From Balanoglossus misakiensis (taxonomy: Eukaryota > Animalia > Hemichordata): a stretch of 64,000 bases of DNA. Below, piece after piece: positions 28,801 through 44,400 of the stretch. The first letter of the stretch is position 1. Each line of letters begins with the position of its first letter. The notes under the pieces are model-generated. The model saw nothing but the letters and a program-made list of their open reading frames with translations, had not been told where the DNA came from and searched no databases. The DNA lies in the NCBI GenBank assembly GCA_040954595.2, contig CM082580.2:14212389-14276388 (forward strand). The letters run 5' to 3'. The position numbers and the translations under genes were made by a program.

Positions 28801-31320
28801 TGGAGTGGCCCCCGTATTACGCCGCCGGCGAACGCATGCGCATTGAATGCGAACAATGACATCCGAGTATATCTCTTAGCTTCCACGGTGAGGACAAGCG
28901 TGTATTTGGATTTCGCTTGGCGAATACAAAACCCATCAAGACCTCGGGACTTTGGCGTAGCGAGGGTTAAATGTGCTGTGGCCAATATGATAAGGCTTTG
29001 CTGCAGCTAAAGCGCGCGATATTTAATTGCATCCTGTCTTTAATTTGCTATTATTGAGAACACCTGTGAATCGAAAACGAAACGTGAAACCCAGGAGCCT
29101 CACTTTCATTTTTGCAATATGGTAATCCGCCTCTCAAAGACAAAATCCTTTTCCCTGTTCTTTTTAAAAAAATGTTCTCGATTTGGGTTCATAAATACAA
29201 GACCGTCGACCTTTACTTCCTTTGTCAGTTATGCGTACAAAATATACTAGTAATAATCCACTCAAACCAAGAAACCGTTCGTCTTTGAAATCTGACGCAA
29301 GCATCAACTCCCACTGCCGAAACTAGACGGAATTAGGAAGTGAAAATTCACTGACTTCAGAGTCAAATCGAAACAATACAATGTTTTAAGAGCCAACCAC
29401 TTCTCAAATCGGTTTATCACAAAGACAACGTCATCGACAATGAGTGGACGCAGCGCCAATCGGACAATACTATTGTTGTTGTCTCTGTCCCAGTGTTACC
29501 ACGGCAACGCTAAACCTAGATTTCGGCACATCACAAATGAGGTGGTCAACCCAACACAAAATATTCAAGATAGAAGCAATGTTAACCGAAACGTTACGAG
29601 TAGGGCTACGTGTGTTAATCATCAATTGTTAATTCCTTCATCCTTCTTTCCCTTCTTCCCCACTCCCTTCCTTCTTAGAGAAGAAATAGAGGAATGACAA
29701 AACTTGCAAACAAGTTGAGAAGTACGCATTGCAGATATCATTCGCCATCCCTTCTTCACTTTTAAAACGTTGAGTTCTAACAAGGTTCACAGCTGCAAGC
29801 TTTGGATTATCTTATGAGGCGTTTTCGTGTACATTAATTTATTTCAGTTTGAGTTGTGCGAAAAACGTTAACAGACCGGTCTGTGTCTAGGCTGGGTTTT
29901 AAAAGTGCGTAGGCAGTTAGTGACGCACCACCGTTAATGTGCGCTTTTGGCTCCAGTGAAAAATCCTACATTTTGCAAGACTTTGTTCCAAGTTACTAAT
30001 GTACACAGTTGTTGTTTGTGCTGTGGGAACAGAATGAACAAAACCTGAAGCCTAGGGTGCTAGGACCGAAGAAAACCTCTGTCCTACAAGCAAACATATG
30101 TTTCCACGGGTATCAAGTTTCTTGACCATGTTTTCAATCTTTTTCCCATCTACTTCACAGCAGAATTACCTCCAGCCCACATCACAATTTTCTGTAACAG
30201 TTGCGCATATTTAATTCTCGTTATGCAAATCAAGTTCTGACAAAAAACTTTATCATATGAACAAAAGATTAACAGAGGTTTTTTCGGGACAACAAAACTG
30301 AAGTGACCGACTTTATATGTTTTCGTTGTCGTTGCTTTTGTAGTTCTGGCGGGTTTTTCGTCGTTCCGGGTAAAGTTCTAATCGCCATTGTAGGAAAAAG
30401 CCTGGAAAGATTCGTAGCTCCATCATATGCAGATATAGCAGTAGGAGATTTACGTATTGAGCTAGAAAGTCTGTCTGTCTGTCTGTCTGTCTGGAATTCG
30501 CCGTGCATTAACAACGAGCACCCCCTTATTGCCGTGGTAACAACAACGTTGGTTGGCAAGTGACGTCATGGTCATGTCACTTTCACCCTTATATGGTGCG
30601 TCACATGAGGGTGAAGAGAGATACTGATTTCTCTCGCTTTAACAAATATTCGGCGCTGAAGAGTTCAAGGGTTGTCGTTCTTGGGTGGCTTGGCAGATAA
30701 TTGTTTGGACATTCAAATCTGGGCTTTACTTAAATCCGGTTGTCACCAGTCAGAAATCCACCTTGAGTGATTAATTAACTGATCAGTGTTTTCACTAATT
30801 GGGTAGCATCTTAATTAAATGCGACTTATCTCAGTAATTCCCGGCTGGTTCTTTGTTTTATTGTTTGGTCTGAACAAGACACAGTACAGAAACCAAATCC
30901 TCAAATCCCATACTGTTCACTCTATATTAACATATCGATTGCAAAGGCGAGAGCTTACTCGATGCAAAGGTGGTGTGAGCTCTTTGCCAACCGCGTGGAA
31001 AATATTACCTTTGTTGATTTATACGAACAATATCAGAAATCTCCCGGCAAACGCGACACAGCAGTGTCAAAACATGTAAGTTAAAGAAGATATCGATTGT
31101 CTTTAATTAAAGCGCTTTTTCTTTTGACAAACTGACTGCTCGCCATGAAATCAATGGTTTCTGGAAAGCCACTATTTAAAAGAAATATGTCGTATTTGGT
31201 GATATATTTTTGTCAGCATCATGCTAAAAACCGCAAAGAGCTGGGATCGTCATAGAACCGGCCACACAATAATCAGAGGATTTCCATTGAGAAGAAACCA
31301 GCGCTCAACCCGGTTCAAGG

Positions 31321-31417
31321 CACAGGTTGCATCGTAGTTGCGCTTATATTCACTTTCTATACATAACTATAAGCGCAACTGCAGCGCAACTGTAGCGCAA
31401 CTGCAGCACAACCTGTG
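31321..31417. mobile_element. 97-bp foldback MITE with an 8-bp target-site duplication (hAT- or P-superfamily-like)
   Basis: TIRs CACAGGTTG (31321-31329) and CAACCTGTG (31409-31417). Internal inverted repeat AGTTGCGCTTATA / TATAAGCGCAACT. Subterminal 11-bp tandem AGCGCAACTG[C/T]. Exact direct repeat GTTCAAGG on both sides (31313-31320, 31418-31425). Confidence 0.8.
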
Positions 31418-34400
31418 GTTCAAGGTAGGGCGGACTTCAGTAGCAGACATATTGGTTAAAGTGCTCAATAGACTTCAAATTCGTTGACATGTTTTAGTCG
31501 TGATTTTGACTATTGATAGAGTGCTGTAAAGGTTCACATCGGATCGGGTTTCTAAAATCAATACGCGTAGACTTCTAGTAAGGATTTACAAGCATGAGTT
31601 TTTGGTTTAATGAGAATCAGATTCAGGTTCGGATTCTAAAGCACAGGTCTGTGATAACCAATCTTTATGCAAGCGGACACCAAAGACCGGACTGAAACGT
31701 GTTAAGCCTTCAATCAGACAAAAGAAGCATGCTAGTCCCTGACAAGCGAGCTACAATTCACATACAGTACCGTTTTATGCACTTTCACAAGATACCCTTC
31801 AATTTTACCCTCACTGCCTTTAAATTACCCCTTTTAGCGATTAAAGCTGTGTCAGAGATAAAGTGACCACCTCATACTGACCTCATTCAGACGAACTGAA
31901 CGTAGGCAATCTGCTATATGAACAGCGCCCACATCACTACACTCAAGAGCTTACATTGTTGTTACAAAATCGCTTCCTAAAAGAATCATGATAAACTTTC
32001 ATGCAGTATTTGTGAATGAAAGCTGAAGATCACTTTATCGATTTAACTTCACCGAACATGAATACACGTGTCTAAAAATGTATGATAATTTACAACGGTA
32101 CCGGTGGGGTGAAACCCAAAACATTACTTCTACACTCGAGCGGCTCATTCATTTCTTGTACAAGAAGCAGCCAAACTCTTAATGAACACAAGACTAACCT
32201 CAGTTTGAAAATGCACGACCACCGTGGCTTTGATGGTTTCTAGCCCCTCAAATGTGAAATAATATAGGCTAACTTGTAAAATATTAAACATAAATCCTCT
32301 CTTCGAACACATGCTCAGTTTGTCAAACCTTTACGAAAAGCTATGGAAATTGTCCTCAAAAGCACGATTCAAGCTGCCACTTGTTCCAAATCAATGCCAT
32401 TTGGCCACCATAGAAAATGAATACCTCATCCTAGCAAGGCTTATCGCTCAAATTCTTCAGAACCGTCCTTGAAACTGCCCCTGCCGATCAAAATGTTATG
32501 GCGTAGCTATCTTAAACAAAAGCCAATGTGTCGCAGGCCACCACTCACATATTAAATGCCACAGTATTACAATTGTCCCTAAACAAGTACTCAACCGCGC
32601 GCATTCTCCATTAGCTTTACATTGAATTACTCCGAAAATCTGTCTAATTGCAGTCCACCACCAAAAGTGGCCAATGAGTCTCGGGCAGGCCCTGAGTGCA
32701 ACCAACGCAAAGTTATCAATTACAATTATACAATTTAGAAATAAACTGTAATAGTAACCGACATTACGAATTTCTCTCCGGAGATTTCGATCATTCATGG
32801 AAAATGAAATCACTGAGTTTCAATTTGCAGTAACCAGTGGATGATGATTATCTCAATGTCAATACTGATAGCCTAGTGTAATACAAATTTAGATAAGAAT
32901 TATAGCCAGGTGGATGGGCTTATATCGAACATATCCACCTCATTATTCTGTCAGAAATAAAAGCCGGAATATGAACTTTGTGTGTATATATTGCTGGTAT
33001 TGATAAGCTGAAAAGAGTTTAACTTCGTTTGCCGTGCAAGCGCATTAGTCACTTTGATACATTTGGGGTTTTCATTCGCATGACAAGGTCAGCACATTGC
33101 AATGAACACCGAATCGTGCGCGAAAAAAAGGCTAATAAAAGAAAGTGATTTGACTGCCTTTAATCGTTATCTCTGATTATACACGAAGGGTTTGGTGATG
33201 AAACACAGTTGCGAACGTCGTTGTGACGTCACACACAGTGCAGATTCATCCTGTTGATACAGCTTGAGATTTGTGTTGTCGGTATTGGCGCTTGGGCACT
33301 GAATTTCAAAACGACAGGACCCAGTTAGCGCTACATTACCGTTCCTGACTGCCATATCATGTGTGTACCAACAATTATAGGGTATGTACAGGCTGCACAC
33401 GCCGGCCAATCAACTGATAGTGGGCGCAAGTCTGTTTAAGTGACATTGATAAAAACTAAAAGTGAGATCGATGTTATTCTGGGTCGAGTTTAGGCAGTAG
33501 TATTTTATCAGGGTCCTCCTATAAAAGGAACGCGACGCGATTGCGAAAACCTCTTCGGTTGTTGACTCCGCTTCCGATAATTTTCTAGCCGTGCAGTTCA
33601 TGTAGTCTCTATATAGGTCGTCATTACACGAGGGGAATATAGCGGTATTAAAGTGGACCGCCGTGAAAGTCAGTATAGCCAAAGAATTTTCATTTTGTTT
33701 GACAGTAGGTCTATATGAACAAATCAGGATTTCTTCGATTTCAGATTCAATTAGAGTCCCATGCACTTAGTAGTCTGGCCAAAATTCATCCGATGGCAAA
33801 TGCTTTAAAGATGTCCTACAAATTGGCGAGAAAATGCACGGCGCCACTGTCGTAATTAGTTCCGAAGCCGTAACGCGCCACGTCGTCCATGTTTAAATTT
33901 TAAACACAAAAATCGACAAATCAAACCCAGTTATGAAACTGCAGATCAATGCAATTAGAACACATAAGCGACAATTTCCACGGAATATGTTGGAATAAAT
34001 AATAAAATAGAAATTACCGGCTATTAAGTGAAATATGATAAAGTCGATTAATAAATGAAATAATTGACCAAATGATTTGTTCTTGAACGTTGCGCTTGAC
34101 TCATACACTTCAGCCTCGCCAACATGCAAACCCTTCAGCGTTTCATGGTTACCAAACTCTGAAGTACATTGTACATGCAACGTTTCAACCACCAGGGTTA
34201 TGACAAATCTCGACACCTGGCACAACCCCTCAATCCCATATACGTGTACTTAAGAATGATAAAAAACATTTAGCGACCTATATTGAACGTAATTTTTGAC
34301 GAAATTAAGTGAGGTAGCGTATAAGGCTAAGGTATATAGGACCAGTACAAAGACAGCAATAACGGGCGGACGTTAAAATGTCGGATGTACTTCCCGGGTC

Positions 34401-37400
34401 ATAAATCTTTGTGAAGCTAAAGATGGGCTTTTGATTACAACTAAACTATCTACCCAGACACAAACACAACAGTGGCCATCAAAATAAGGCAATAGTCCCA
34501 ACGAGATTTGTAACACCCCCTCCCTTTCTTTCAATAGAAATAATCTTTCTATTGCATTGTTTCGGAACATCGAGCTTCATATATTCTGCGTCTTTCGTGT
34601 TCACGTCGTGGGACGCGAAATGTCTGACCGTGTTTGAATTTCACAAGGCAGTCCGATTCGCACAAATATTTTTTTTCGACTTACAAGTAAAACAGCGCCC
34701 GTTATAGTCATCAAAATGTCAGCCAAGTGACCAAAACAGTTTTAGCGTATCCAAGAGCTGTGATACTTACACAATAAATAAAAACTGAAAACCCCGTCGT
34801 CTCGATGCCTGACCCTACAGTCACGTGATGAGCCGATACTCATTTCGCCGAATTTTTTTTCTTGTCGCCCTTATTTTCGAACCAATATGATCACTCGAAA
34901 GTGGACAGTCTGGCTTCAGGCAAGGAATATAAAAAACTAAAATCGCTGGCGATACAGAGACGCGGCGCAGATATTAGGAGTGAAGAGCTACGATAGAGAG
35001 CTGATTACCAACTCCATTAGAACTTGATGCGTTTTGATAAATCGACACTTAAATGGGAAATGGTCTTTTCCCTAAACCAACCAACGATAGCCAAACTTTT
35101 ATGCTCACTCTCAAATATACACTGCCGCTATTGAGATACTCGCTTCTGACAAGAATAATGTTTGATATTATGGACCGCGACGACAAAGTCGGATCAGGAA
35201 AGAATACCCAGACACATACTAATTTTAAACTTACCAGAATCTGAGCAGAGTTGATTGCGACTGGAAGATTTACTGCTAGCGTTCAGAGATAAAGTTAGGG
35301 CGCCAATTTTTCATGCACAAACCATGTACAAATCGGAACCATTTCGTGTTCTAGAAAATAAGATAGTTGGATATTCTGGTGAAATTTTTGCCTGGTTTCT
35401 CTCACTGATACACGGAAAGGCGGGAAAAGTTGTCATCAAAGTGAAAGTGCAACAAAATTGGTTTACTTGATGACGCGGTTGTGGTCGTACACTGGGTCAT
35501 TGTTGCCACAAAATAATATCATTATTCAATGCAGACAGCTCTATTGTATGTAATATAGTTTCATTATTACGCCGAGAATATGCAGCCAAAATTTTCATCT
35601 TTTTAAGATCAATTGGTTGATTAGACACACAAAAGTCTTCATCGTTGACTGTTAACTGTTCCATCTCTTTAACTCGGTCGGAGGACGCAACATTTCGGGA
35701 AAATGAAATACGAAATTAAATTATCTTGCATGGTGAGAGCGGTTTGTTTGGGATACACACCAATCGTGTTCGACGCCCCCTCGCTTATAGAATGAATTGT
35801 ACGCCGCAAAAGACAGTGCTTCTGTAACTAAAAGGGTTTCGGAAGAGAACTATATCCGGCGACGGAAATTCGCCTAATCTTGAAACTTCATGCAGGGCAG
35901 ATAAAGTCACCGTCATCACGAAAGACAACAAAAGAGATTTGCTTATCTCACGATTTTCCCTCCATTTTCTGATATAAATTGTATTTAGGTGCTCGCATAG
36001 TCACTTTTGGGATTGCACGAAAAATCGCATGAAATCCTCCTCGACCAAACAATCGACGACAAAGTGTGAAGAATGATGAAACAGAAAAGTTGATTTTTGC
36101 GATGGACATGGAGTGCGGCTATTACTTTTCAGGGCAAGCGTTATCTGGAGCGAGTGGAGGCTTGATTGAAAATGGCGGTTGCAGTTTTGTGTTTTGGGCG
36201 GTAACTAAGCTTATTAGTCTTTTATGAACAACTTTCCCCGTCACGTGACTGGGATGTCCCCAAATGACTGTATTATCGTTTCGCCAGCGGAGTGTTAAAC
36301 ACAAGGGGAAAACGGAACACTATTTTTTGTTTCCAAAAGTAGCCGTTCAAGTCGAAATTATTTAACCCTGAGTAGCTTTGTGAATTGCTGTGGGATCAAT
36401 CGTTTCACTTCTTTATGGGGAATGCCGGGGAGACTATGTTGGAAGCCTTGACAGTCATTACCAGTACGTTAGTGTCGTATTGCTTATCGTCCAATCGATC
36501 GCGCATATTAGGGGCGACTGGTGCATGGCTTGGCTACCATAATGATCCCATTTTGGATCTGGATGTAGTGCTATTAAACCATAAGACCCGACTTGAAAAG
36601 GCCGATCCGCTACCCGGTTTTGTTATAATTTCTTTCTTTCCGCGTGCTGATTGATTTGGTGTGCAGCACCTGAAATGGGGCTCTATTGCCCATTTTGTTG
36701 AATTTGGTTTATCTGCCATCGCCTGTGCCTATTGACATGAAAGGAGTTGAGATGAAAGGCAGAGGAGACATCCGACCTCCGCCACGGCATCTACGGTCCA
36801 ATATTCTCCACTACAAGTGTTTACCCCAGACACAACGCCGCTGTTTACGGCAAAGTCTACTGATACGATACGCATGGGGTCTGTCTGCCTTGGTCATTGC
36901 AGTTCGTGCCGAGAAGTGCAGTCTAGTGTGCCAGACATGCACGCGCGCGAGAGACATGCACGTGCGCATTGGTCACGGGTATTGCCTAACTAAAGATTTA
37001 CGACGTCAAAAATTATATACAAATGTATAAATTGCATAAAAAATAAAAATGGAAGAAATATGACGAGGCTTTTTATTGTTATTTGAAAACTTTCACTTTC
37101 CGTTCTGCCATCAAGTTATCGGAGGCAAAAGAAAGTTATTTTTTTCGATACACAACTTTGACGCACCCGTGTACAAAGAACCGGGTAGAGATGTTGACGG
37201 ACTGGGCAGGTGTCAAACTGTAGTGTATATGTTTTTCCCCCGCCAAGAGTAACATTGAACTTGAGGACCTGATCAGGATTTATAGCAGTGCTGAATTTTA
37301 TTTGCAACGGTGTATGCAGCGTTGTTCTCAAAGCCAACAAGTCACGATTACCGCCGGGCTGTATTTACACAAAAACAACAAAGCCAACTACTTGAAAACT

Positions 37401-40400
37401 TGACAACGACTTTTCCTTAAAGAGCCATGGCCAAGTTTGGATAGCCATTTTTAAAACGCAAAGTGTAACTATTTGTCGCCCGGAAGAGCGAGTCTTTTGA
37501 ACAAAGGGAGGCGTTTAATTATAACGTACTTGGACTTTATGGACGCCGTAAGCTTCCATTTAGCGATTTATCGCAAATATTGAAAAATAAATCGGGTGCG
37601 TTTCAATTTAGAAAAAACAGTAGGCCTAACCGTATAAAGAAAGCGTGCGACACCTGATGAGTACGTTGGCGCCAGTAATTAATGCAAAATTATGATTAGT
37701 TGTGTAAAACAAAACCCAATGCGAATCACTACATGCTGAGTTCGTTACTGTTCACAATTCTCCTGTTGTAAACATCGAATACAACATCCACATATTCGTC
37801 TTTGAAAATTGGAGACACGTGTAATACATGCAAGCACGCAAATCGCCAATTCAAACGTACTATTGTTGCAACACCGTGTAAATTGTGTGAATTAACATCT
37901 CATTAGGCGCACCAAGTTCATTTCGAGCTTATTGTTTCGCTGAATTGAGGTGACATTAACTGGATTATCCCCTCGGAGAATAGGCTATTAAATCGCTGTT
38001 TTTAATATTTCCTGACTAGTGGCTTAGAAGTCCTGGAAGTGCCGTGGCACAGTGCTCTAAAAACGGGGGAAGTTCTGGCACTCCTCGGCCGCGCTCTGTG
38101 ACATGACCGTTTTCTGCATGGCATTGCGGAGGCTGTGTCCACACTGCGCTGAACACCACCGAAAATATCGACATGATAAATCTCGTTTTGTACAAGGATT
38201 AATTGATTTCTCATACAGCGCGCTACATTACCTTCAATTTCATCTGCTGATTTTGCACATGAAAGACTGTTTTCCCCCAAGGAACGCTTTTTTTTCAGAA
38301 TATTGGGAATAAGGGATCATACATACGTGCATACAGAGGTATCGACACGGAAAGAAAGGACAATTAACCTTTGAACCACACCGTGATCAACTCAAAACCA
38401 CGTGATGAAGTTACGGGAAACTAAAATTCATACCAAGTTACCTGCGTCGACTTTAGAAATTTATAAAAAAAATCGAGTCTGGTCTTGTGTCCTTATATTG
38501 GGATTCCTTCGTTACGATTTGAGTCGACCGCTTCGCTAGATTTGTTGTAAGTTGTGGTTCAGTCCAGAGATACGTCAGAGATGCGGACATACATTACAGG
38601 GTCAACGCACGGATCAGTAAATTGTATGGCGCGACTACGTTGCACACCTGTTACAAGAGCGCGAGTGTAATTGGCCAATCAGAATTATCGGGGACTAGTT
38701 CGATTGCCACCGTGTCTAACTGTCTGTCCTCGCTGCAATTTCTAGTTTCAGCTGAGACACAGAAAACTCTGATCAACGCTGCTCCTCTCTAGAAAAAGCA
38801 ATTTTCACAGTTCGAAACACCATGTACGACTTTGCAGAAGACCTTTGTCCAGTATGGTAAAAAGTGACGAGGGCCTAAATTGAGATAATCTGGTGCACAT
38901 AGTAAAATCCATTATCTGGAAAAATGATGTGTCGACAAGAAATAACTCGAACATTTCCGAAACGGTAGTTGGCATACAAACACAGGACCACTTCAGTCAC
39001 CGAATATTGAAACCGCATATGCCTTCACGACCGGTAAACACGCGTGCTTGGTGCTTCAACCGAGCAGTGTGCGTAAAACGCATTACACGCACTCGAACTC
39101 GTAAAACTAAGGTTAAAAACATTCCGCGTTACGGCGCGTACCAAGAAAATTTCATAGATTCTTGTATTCCTGCTGCCTAGCTACTATGGCAGCTTTCCAG
39201 TAGTCGGGATAATTAATTTCAACGTTGGAGAGTTCGACAAACAATGTAGTGTTGGTAGAAGTCGGACGAGCTAACGGAAAGTAAACTATTATATTAATTT
39301 ATGGGCGCTGTGTCCCGTACTCGGTAAATATCAGATCAAGTGCCACCTTAATGAAGGCCAGGTTTCTGCTATGTTACCCTATCACCAAGTTCCAACGTTT
39401 CGAACAAGTCCTGTTTAATTCTGTTTTATGTGATCAGAACCAGCAAGTTATATTTCGAACCGGTCTAATAAGCTTATATTTTGCGCCAGGTCAATATGCA
39501 AATATGCTAATATATAAAACTCAGCCATCCTTATTTCCATAGTGCGCCTTAAGGGCTCTTAGGATAAAATACTTCTTGTTGCGCATTGATAAAAGTTACG
39601 AGTCTGGGTTAACTTCTCGATATTCTGCAGTGTAATTTATTCATGCTGGCCAGCCCTTGTTTATCAATTTTGATTGGCGTTTATTCCATTAAGGAGCACA
39701 GCTAAATCACCAATGCTAATGGTCTCTTCTGTGAGTTATCGTCCAAGCATTCGCCAAATTTTGCAGCTATCGTTTAGTCAAATATTCGACTCGTTATTAT
39801 CACAGCTATTTTTGATACCATTCCCTGTTCAATTTAAAATGTAGTAAAAACCAGCCAGAATAAGTCCGTAACCCACAGAATGGCTATGCATATGTATATT
39901 AAGGCGGACACTCCGAACTCTGGAAATTGCGATAGCCTGATGTGAAGATGATCGGACGTTAATTTTGGAAATGCAATGTCGTGAAAAAATCACAGCTTCT
40001 TATTCTAAAGATTTTTTCATATGTAAATTATTACTGGTATGTTAATCATATGCACATAATTAGCATGTAAATCATATGTACATAATAAGCCTTGAGGATT
40101 CAGCTGTTGACCAATCAGCGATACTTTTGTCGGACTATGCATGCTCCTCATCGAAATTCAACCTACACGAGTGCATTCTGCAAACGACAAACCAGTTTGG
40201 CAAATGAAATATCCTGACCTCTAGGCCTACATCACGTCAAGTGACGGAAAAAAATGATTTAGAGATATCTATACCTGAGACGACCAGTTTTAAAAATCAA
40301 AGTGAGAGGCATTTTCAGTCATGCACGAGTCTACACGATTTCTTGAAAACCAAAAAATGCTTAAACTAGTTTATAATATTTACACTGTCGTAAATTTGCC

Positions 40401-41297
40401 TGAATGTAAGAGGAGAAATCCGTGCTATGACTACACGTTTGGTTAAATTAAACATCGGTTTGTTTACATTTAGAAATTCGGCAGGTTTGTGGACTCATGG
40501 CGAATCGGCTTCCTATTTCGCATTTCCTTTGAAGACAAATGATTATGTACACGTCGTCTGAAAACACAAATGTGGCATCAGGTAACCGGATCAGAAAAAT
40601 TTCCGTCGGGATAAAGTGCTCCAAATATCCCGCCACGGAATGAAAAAAAAACTCGGCGCTTTAATCGGGTAATTTTACAACAATTTAAACATGGCTATTT
40701 GTATTGTGGAGGTTCTGTGTAGGCACGTGTTAGTCACGTGGCGTGGCTCCAACACATACCATTTACGATGCCTGTGATCTGAACGATAATGATCAAAAAT
40801 GGCGGTTCGTTTTTTACGTGGGATGGAATCTTCAGTCGAGTGATCACTGGTTCAAGCAATCCTTCTTTCCAGTGAAAACAATCCATTCTCCCGGTGATTT
40901 CAGTAAAAACTTTTCTCGTCACCAAACCGAAGTCCACCGATAACGTTTGAAACACGGACCGTATATTTAAGTTTCTGCAACACCGGCCAAATGTAGTTTC
41001 TCTTCGATCACAAGTAGCCTCCTCTAAAAGTCTTATCGTAATCACATATAGTCATACCATCATCCATCATCATGCACATAGTTATCGGCTATCTTTTGTT
41101 TTCGTCTGCTCTAGTCATACAAATAATCCAATTTATTTGCCAAAGTAACAGGATTAACCGTCTATTTTATTGATTGACTTCAAGTTCTTTAAAATAAACG
41201 TGCAGTTGGAAAATTAATATGTTACCGTCGCCTCTAGAAAGCGACGATAGTGTACTGAAACGACAGCCGCCAAATAGCAATTGCCTCGTCAGGTACA

Positions 41298-41467
41298 TGA
41301 CGTCACCGTCTAAGGCGAGCAAATGCAAGCGCAATCCCGATAATGTGGATCCCGTCATCTAATCTAGACAATCATACAATTTAATGGAATTAAATTCGGC
41401 TTGTGGCAAGTGTGCGCTGCGATAAAATAGACTATGAGCCGTAGATACGCAGCGCATGGTATAAAAG
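41298..41467 (+). promoter_or_regulatory. Candidate TATA promoter, possibly for a noncoding NeuroD exon 1
   Basis: Full CRE TGACGTCA at 41298 and TATAAAAG at 41460. Assignment to NeuroD is inference only. Confidence 0.25.
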
Positions 41468-44400
41468 TAGTTAGCGCTGTACGAGAGTGTGATGCCGAGA
41501 GTTGAAGTTTGTCCTCTCTGCTATTCATCACGCCGGTCCATTTTACTTATTGGTCGGAGAGAGCAACCTCAAACGTCACTATTGTGCTTCTTCTTTTCTT
41601 TCTTCTACCCAGAGATGCGGAGTCAGTCGCTTCAATTTACCGATAGCAGTCGTTCACTTGATTAACACATAAGAGTGGTATTCTGTAAAGCGGTCCATGC
41701 TTTATGTCATATCGCCCCATTCAGTGAAGCCAGCCACCAAATCGTTTTGATATGCCATGTTCTGGGATCGTCGGACGGCAGACAGCCCCTCGTAGACAGG
41801 TTGCTCTGTCAAATTCGACACTCCACAAAGGAAAATTTCAGTCAGCACCAAAAATGTAGCTTTTCCCCATTATATTAATGCCCGTTTTTTATGAAAGATT
41901 AATAAAAGAAATAAATTTATAGTGTAGTAAGCCAAGGCAATAATAGTGACAGATGGGGAGCGAGAAAAAACGAGATAAAAGATCATCAAAAGCATAAAAT
42001 TTGCATATGATTTGAATGCTAATGACGGCGCAGTTCTGCTATAAACGACTTAAACGCAGCATATGGCCTCATATCCAATGCGAATTCTGCCTTCATATAA
42101 CAAACATCAAGTCTGTCAGCTTTTTTGGCTAATTTTAAAAGTTTGATCAACCCACTGTGCACTTTAACTAGCAGTGTAGCCACTACAGCGAGACATTTGA
42201 CAGACATTCGCCGGAGCAAATAAAGCTGAGAGCTACACGGATTTTATACCGCCAAGGAAACTCCACTCATCCCGGTATATTGAAACCAAGTGACAGCTAG
42301 AAAACCTACGAATCTACGTCAGAATTCTTGTGCCAGTTCAGAGAAAACTGTTCCAGGTAGGCGAAGTTTTTTTTATACTTTTATATAGTAACTCGCGTGT
42401 TTTGCATTGTATTGTGTTTGCCATGACAATGGACGGCCCGAAATATGAACTTTAAAAAGTGAAGTTGCGGAACGCGACTGAACCGGCAGTTTCGCAAGTC
42501 TATTTTGAAAGAAAATTCAACTTGGTAGATCTGGCATTTGAAGACGACGTTACTTCTCGAAACATAATTTTAAAAGTGTCAGCGCAAAGCTTGTCAATAG
42601 AAGTATAGAAGTAAAATGAAATTATCGACCACACTGGCAAAATTACAGAAAAGCTAGTACATGTACTTCATGACTTTCGATGTCATTGAAGACTTTTTGG
42701 TCATTCCATGTAATTTTTCGATCAGTCTACACATGTGCCATGATGTGACTGATAGGGTTATTCGGAATTTCAACTGACGGTAAATTTTGCCGCTAACTTG
42801 AAATTAACTTTGGTTGCCGGTCTGGAGTCGGCTCAAATTATCAAACCTCATAATTCAATATTAAAGTGCCTTGTGTCGGCTAATGTTTCAGTGGCCTCTT
42901 AGTCAGACTCTCAGAATGTGAAATCGCGTTGATATGAAAGTGGTTTGGCGACTGAACGATGCCTGCCACCAGTCTCTGACAGATAAAGTTGCCATCCCAT
43001 GTCACACCAATGAAATATCTGAAACCGGGGTCGATAGGCTTATCGCGAAGCTAAAGTGTCACTCTCGCTTCAGTTGCAATGAAAAAAGGACAACCGTGCT
43101 TCTACTCACGTTACCTGTTTTTCAATTTACCTTTCAAGGGAATGTAGCAGCAACTTTTGATTATTTTTACGCGTTAATTTTTGGCTTCAATTTCCCGAAA
43201 ATCACACTGGAAGGCCTATGTATTGCATTCGCCGCGGGCTGTTTGAGATCGTGTTTGTGAAACGTCCGACGTGAAATTTTATTGTTGGGAAATGAATTTA
43301 CGTCGGGACTTAAAAAAAAACATTTCTGTCAAGATACGAGCCGCGTAGACGTGATCTTTTTTCAACTGGATCTTTCAATATGGAAACGGTGGACGAGCAC
43401 AGCAAAGTTGACAACTGATTTAAAAATACTCTGAAGAAATCTGATTATCAACTGCTACAACAACCGCCCCTTTCATTGCGTATTTCGAACTGTCTGCGCA
43501 TGGAGTCGCTTGTTCGCACTCTTTCCAACTTTTAGTTGCAATTTAGAGTGACCACATTGACAAGTAAGTATGTAGATAGCATTATCACTGGTAAATGCAC
43601 GTATACAGGTTGGTGGCCATCTGCGCTGTTTTTCCGGACCCGGCATCTATCGGCGAACGAGAATAAGGCAAACACCAGTGACTCGTGCTTCGATAAAGTA
43701 TCATTAAATTTGGTTACATGAAATTAGACCACTTCGACAGGGGCCCATAATTCTTGTTGGGTAATTGGCTGTCTATTTATAGTTGGGGGGTAATATCCTA
43801 ACATCCCCTGGGCCACTAATTCATTTCATAAGACACATGTGTAGATTTTGCCAATACTCCGCTAATACGGATACTTTCCTGTAATGAAATGGAACACTAT
43901 TGCCGACACAAATGCCTTGCATCGTCACCATTTTAACATGCTAAATACACTACATTAACTTTTTAAAAATATGTTTCTCTTTTCTGTCGTTCTGTTGAAT
44001 CGCGTTGAAATTGTTCAACTTTACAACTTATAAAGATAAAATTCACGTTTCGCGAACTCATCGGGTAACCAATTAGGGGATTTTAGTCGAACATTGTGTG
44101 TGTGTTTTTATCTGTACAAGCAAGAAGCTGATCTGTCTTGTTAATGTAATAAAATGAACGGCGTAATTGAAATACGGGAAAAGACCACAGTGTGTTGGGA
44201 TTAGTTCTATAGCCATGTTTGGTGCCAAGATCTGGACTCCATCAGAAGTCGACCGCTATGGTTAGATTAATATAATGTAGAAAGAGCTACGGAAAAAAGT
44301 CGACATCATATTTTGATAGTGGCTAACGTTTATGATGGGCGACGACTCTCCTTTCTCGCCCCGCTTCACCCGCCAAGCAAATAGACACGACCGTCTCTCT

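Noticed and set aside
39899-40363. Possible TTAA-flanked Kolobok-like element
   Set aside because: The texture is repeat-like, but I found no matching inverted terminus at the right end.
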